NCBI GenBank assembly: GCA_963792875.1
Contig: CAWBXV010000003.1
Location: 32,318-96,317, forward strand
Length of the DNA: 64,000 bases
Direction: 5' to 3'
From: an uncultured Gammaproteobacteria bacterium
GTDB taxonomy: Bacteria; Pseudomonadota; Gammaproteobacteria; Pseudomonadales; JAHEGP01
Shown here: positions 63,901 to 64,000 of the stretch, one piece after another
Numbering within the stretch: position 1 is the first letter of the stretch
Layout: the number at the start of each line of letters is the position of its first letter
The notes under the pieces: generated by a model
Databases searched by the model: none
Told to the model about the DNA's origin: nothing
The model's input: the letters and a program-made list of their open reading frames with translations, nothing else
Program-made: the position numbers and the translations under genes

Positions 63901-64000
63901 CACGTATACCTATTCGTTCGCCGTCGACACGGTGGCGGACGGCCAGTTCAGTGCCGCGCAGCTGCATCATGTCGCGGTGGAGGTGCGCATTGCGCCGCCG
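60908..64000 (+). CDS. Large secreted multi-domain protein, 3'-truncated by the window edge. Domains: signal peptide, N-terminal domain, metzincin-like region lacking HExxH, CARDB-like domain, four Cys-containing Ig/FN3-like modules and a further Ig-like domain
   Basis: Absent from the ORF track because it has no stop in the window. I spot-translated the frame along its length and saw no stop across 1031 codons. The signal peptide is MGRFCLCLLALLLVGGGPARA/D. The codon-position GC pattern and the long antisense shadow ORF (60890-63970) are consistent with + strand coding. Confidence 0.85.
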   Translation, partial: MGRFCLCLLALLLVGGGPARADVVKMTLDELIQRAAPIVEGEFIGKRSRLNLKGNLIVTDYQFAVREVLFGSSAAYLTLTIAGGEIDEVRDTVSDMPDFAVGDRAVLMLREGGMEGSLAIVGVFQGQFRAVQRAGDPRWYMADGSGVLIPRAGAAGYYGYDEGIEALRDYIPMARARPPVVLAAASIQLQGKDDRKQSSSGSPSPEELVLFSDPADSDELRSRSLQAADFFTERDLVPVAIGTVPADSAWRAALERAVGSWNRYASLFTVDVKSGQEWAFGNGVNDVPGLVSEQDRREQHGTGWGDGSIVTVLGRYENDVMVESDVLLNPAVNWTFDDGLAYADADRYSANRALLRALGSSVGLNWQGAELSVMNLRNSADKYGDLGLLYGEDVFNVRAAFPTRAGAVADLGVYLYRAGATNKYDAAKLSATSVVQGESFQVQNFVIENLADGGGVVPRVHWYLDPAPNDFSGQYIGSSDHQSLNPGQALQARRVLTVPQSFAPGSYYLRAALANGGDESANDSSWLDQPISVLAAAEPVPPVPAAPVASDGTFGDRVQVNWAAVAGAQSYDLARCDSAGSVNGSCASLSLTATSVADELAEPGRTYYYSLRACNASGCSGFSAADAGSRAVAVPAVPAAPVASDGSYGDRVQVNWAAVAGAQSYELARCDSAGGVNGSCDSLSVTATSYADTAAEPGRTYYYSLRACNANDCSGYSAADAGSRARAVPAVPAAPVASDGAYTDRIRVTWPAVAGATAYKVSRCTDAAGKSCAETDTANTAFDDAGMPAKVTLYYRVRACNAAGCSEPSAGDSGFRAAALPAVPARPDASDAVIGLVRVRWVGVAGADRYEVYRCPGAALSGCQQFAAEDAAFDDAGVSPGTSYYYRLKACGADGCSDYSAYDIGRAEYRDPTPRLTVNGQGQLDGRVGDPLTIRVALEANGNPKPADWWVTRSGPDGLRYFDPASGRWLERAVVAYQGALFDLAPLAVLTDRVTGAGTYTYSFAVDTVADGQFSAAQLHHVAVEVRIAPP
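62534..63640 (+). repeat. Four tandem modules of about 282 bp (94 aa); modules 1-2 look roughly 85-90% identical at the DNA level by eye
   Basis: gtgccggcagcgccggtRgccagcgacggc recurs at 62534, 62816 and 63098, with a diverged fourth copy from about 63364. Each module encodes …ASDG-x-Y/F-x-DR-V/I-x-V-x-W…Y-x-L/V-x-RC…C…YYY-x-L/V-x-AC-N/G-x-x-GCS…. Confidence 0.85.

Noticed and set aside
60890-63970. 1026-codon minus-strand ORF, the longest ORF in the track for this region.
   Set aside because: Its translation is low-complexity Arg/Ala/Gly/His-rich with no motifs. The opposite (+) strand frame from 60908 gives a signal peptide, recognisable domains and 94-aa repeats. This is a typical antisense shadow ORF in GC-rich DNA.

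Overview
The window is a visibly GC-rich (roughly two-thirds G+C by eye) chromosomal segment that looks proteobacterial, probably gammaproteobacterial. It is densely packed with about 50 mostly housekeeping, metabolic and envelope genes. All calls come from reading the translations and the DNA by eye; no searches were run.

Gene content in order:
- A signal-peptide-bearing aspartase and periplasmic asparaginase II.
- A class-C-type group II intron (RT/maturase ORF) inserted right after the ansB terminator.
- bepA-like M48 protease, tusA, an AI-2E transporter and a lipoprotein M16 (pitrilysin-like) peptidase.
- An orphan REC-REC-TM-OmpA-like protein.
- aceE and aceF; aceF is interrupted by a frameshift in a tandem repeat.
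- A CPA1 antiporter and cytochrome c peroxidase.
- A small accessory-looking stretch: a hypothetical protein, a DUF1801 remnant, an SDR and two alpha/beta hydrolases.
- RlpA-like, DUF1232, WS/DGAT, yciH, heme A synthase, a tandem USP protein, an LLM oxidoreductase and tRNA-Gly(CCC).
- mgtE, xpaC-like/telA, an SLC13 permease, yecA and ldhA.
- A YejABEF-like peptide ABC importer, a secreted MsrB, and sdaC-sdaA with a GcvR-like ACT protein.
- Several membrane proteins and outer-membrane barrels, trxC, and a Hanks-type Ser/Thr kinase with a periplasmic TPR and Ala/Glu-repeat region.
- A large secreted multi-domain protein (60908 to beyond 64000) that is absent from the supplied ORF track because it has no stop in the window.

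I did not find a convincing new multi-gene system such as a defence island, CRISPR array or prophage. The features most worth follow-up are:
- the predicted periplasmic aspartase/asparaginase pair;
- the membrane-anchored double-receiver protein with a 79-bp perfect internal DNA repeat;
- the large secreted protein with a possibly catalytically dead metzincin-like region and four Cys-containing Ig/FN3-like modules;
- an AT-rich repeat-bearing island upstream of trxC and the kinase;
- the terminator-targeted intron.

The two apparent frameshifts (aceF and an OMP gene) both sit at short G/C runs and may be sequencing errors rather than biology.
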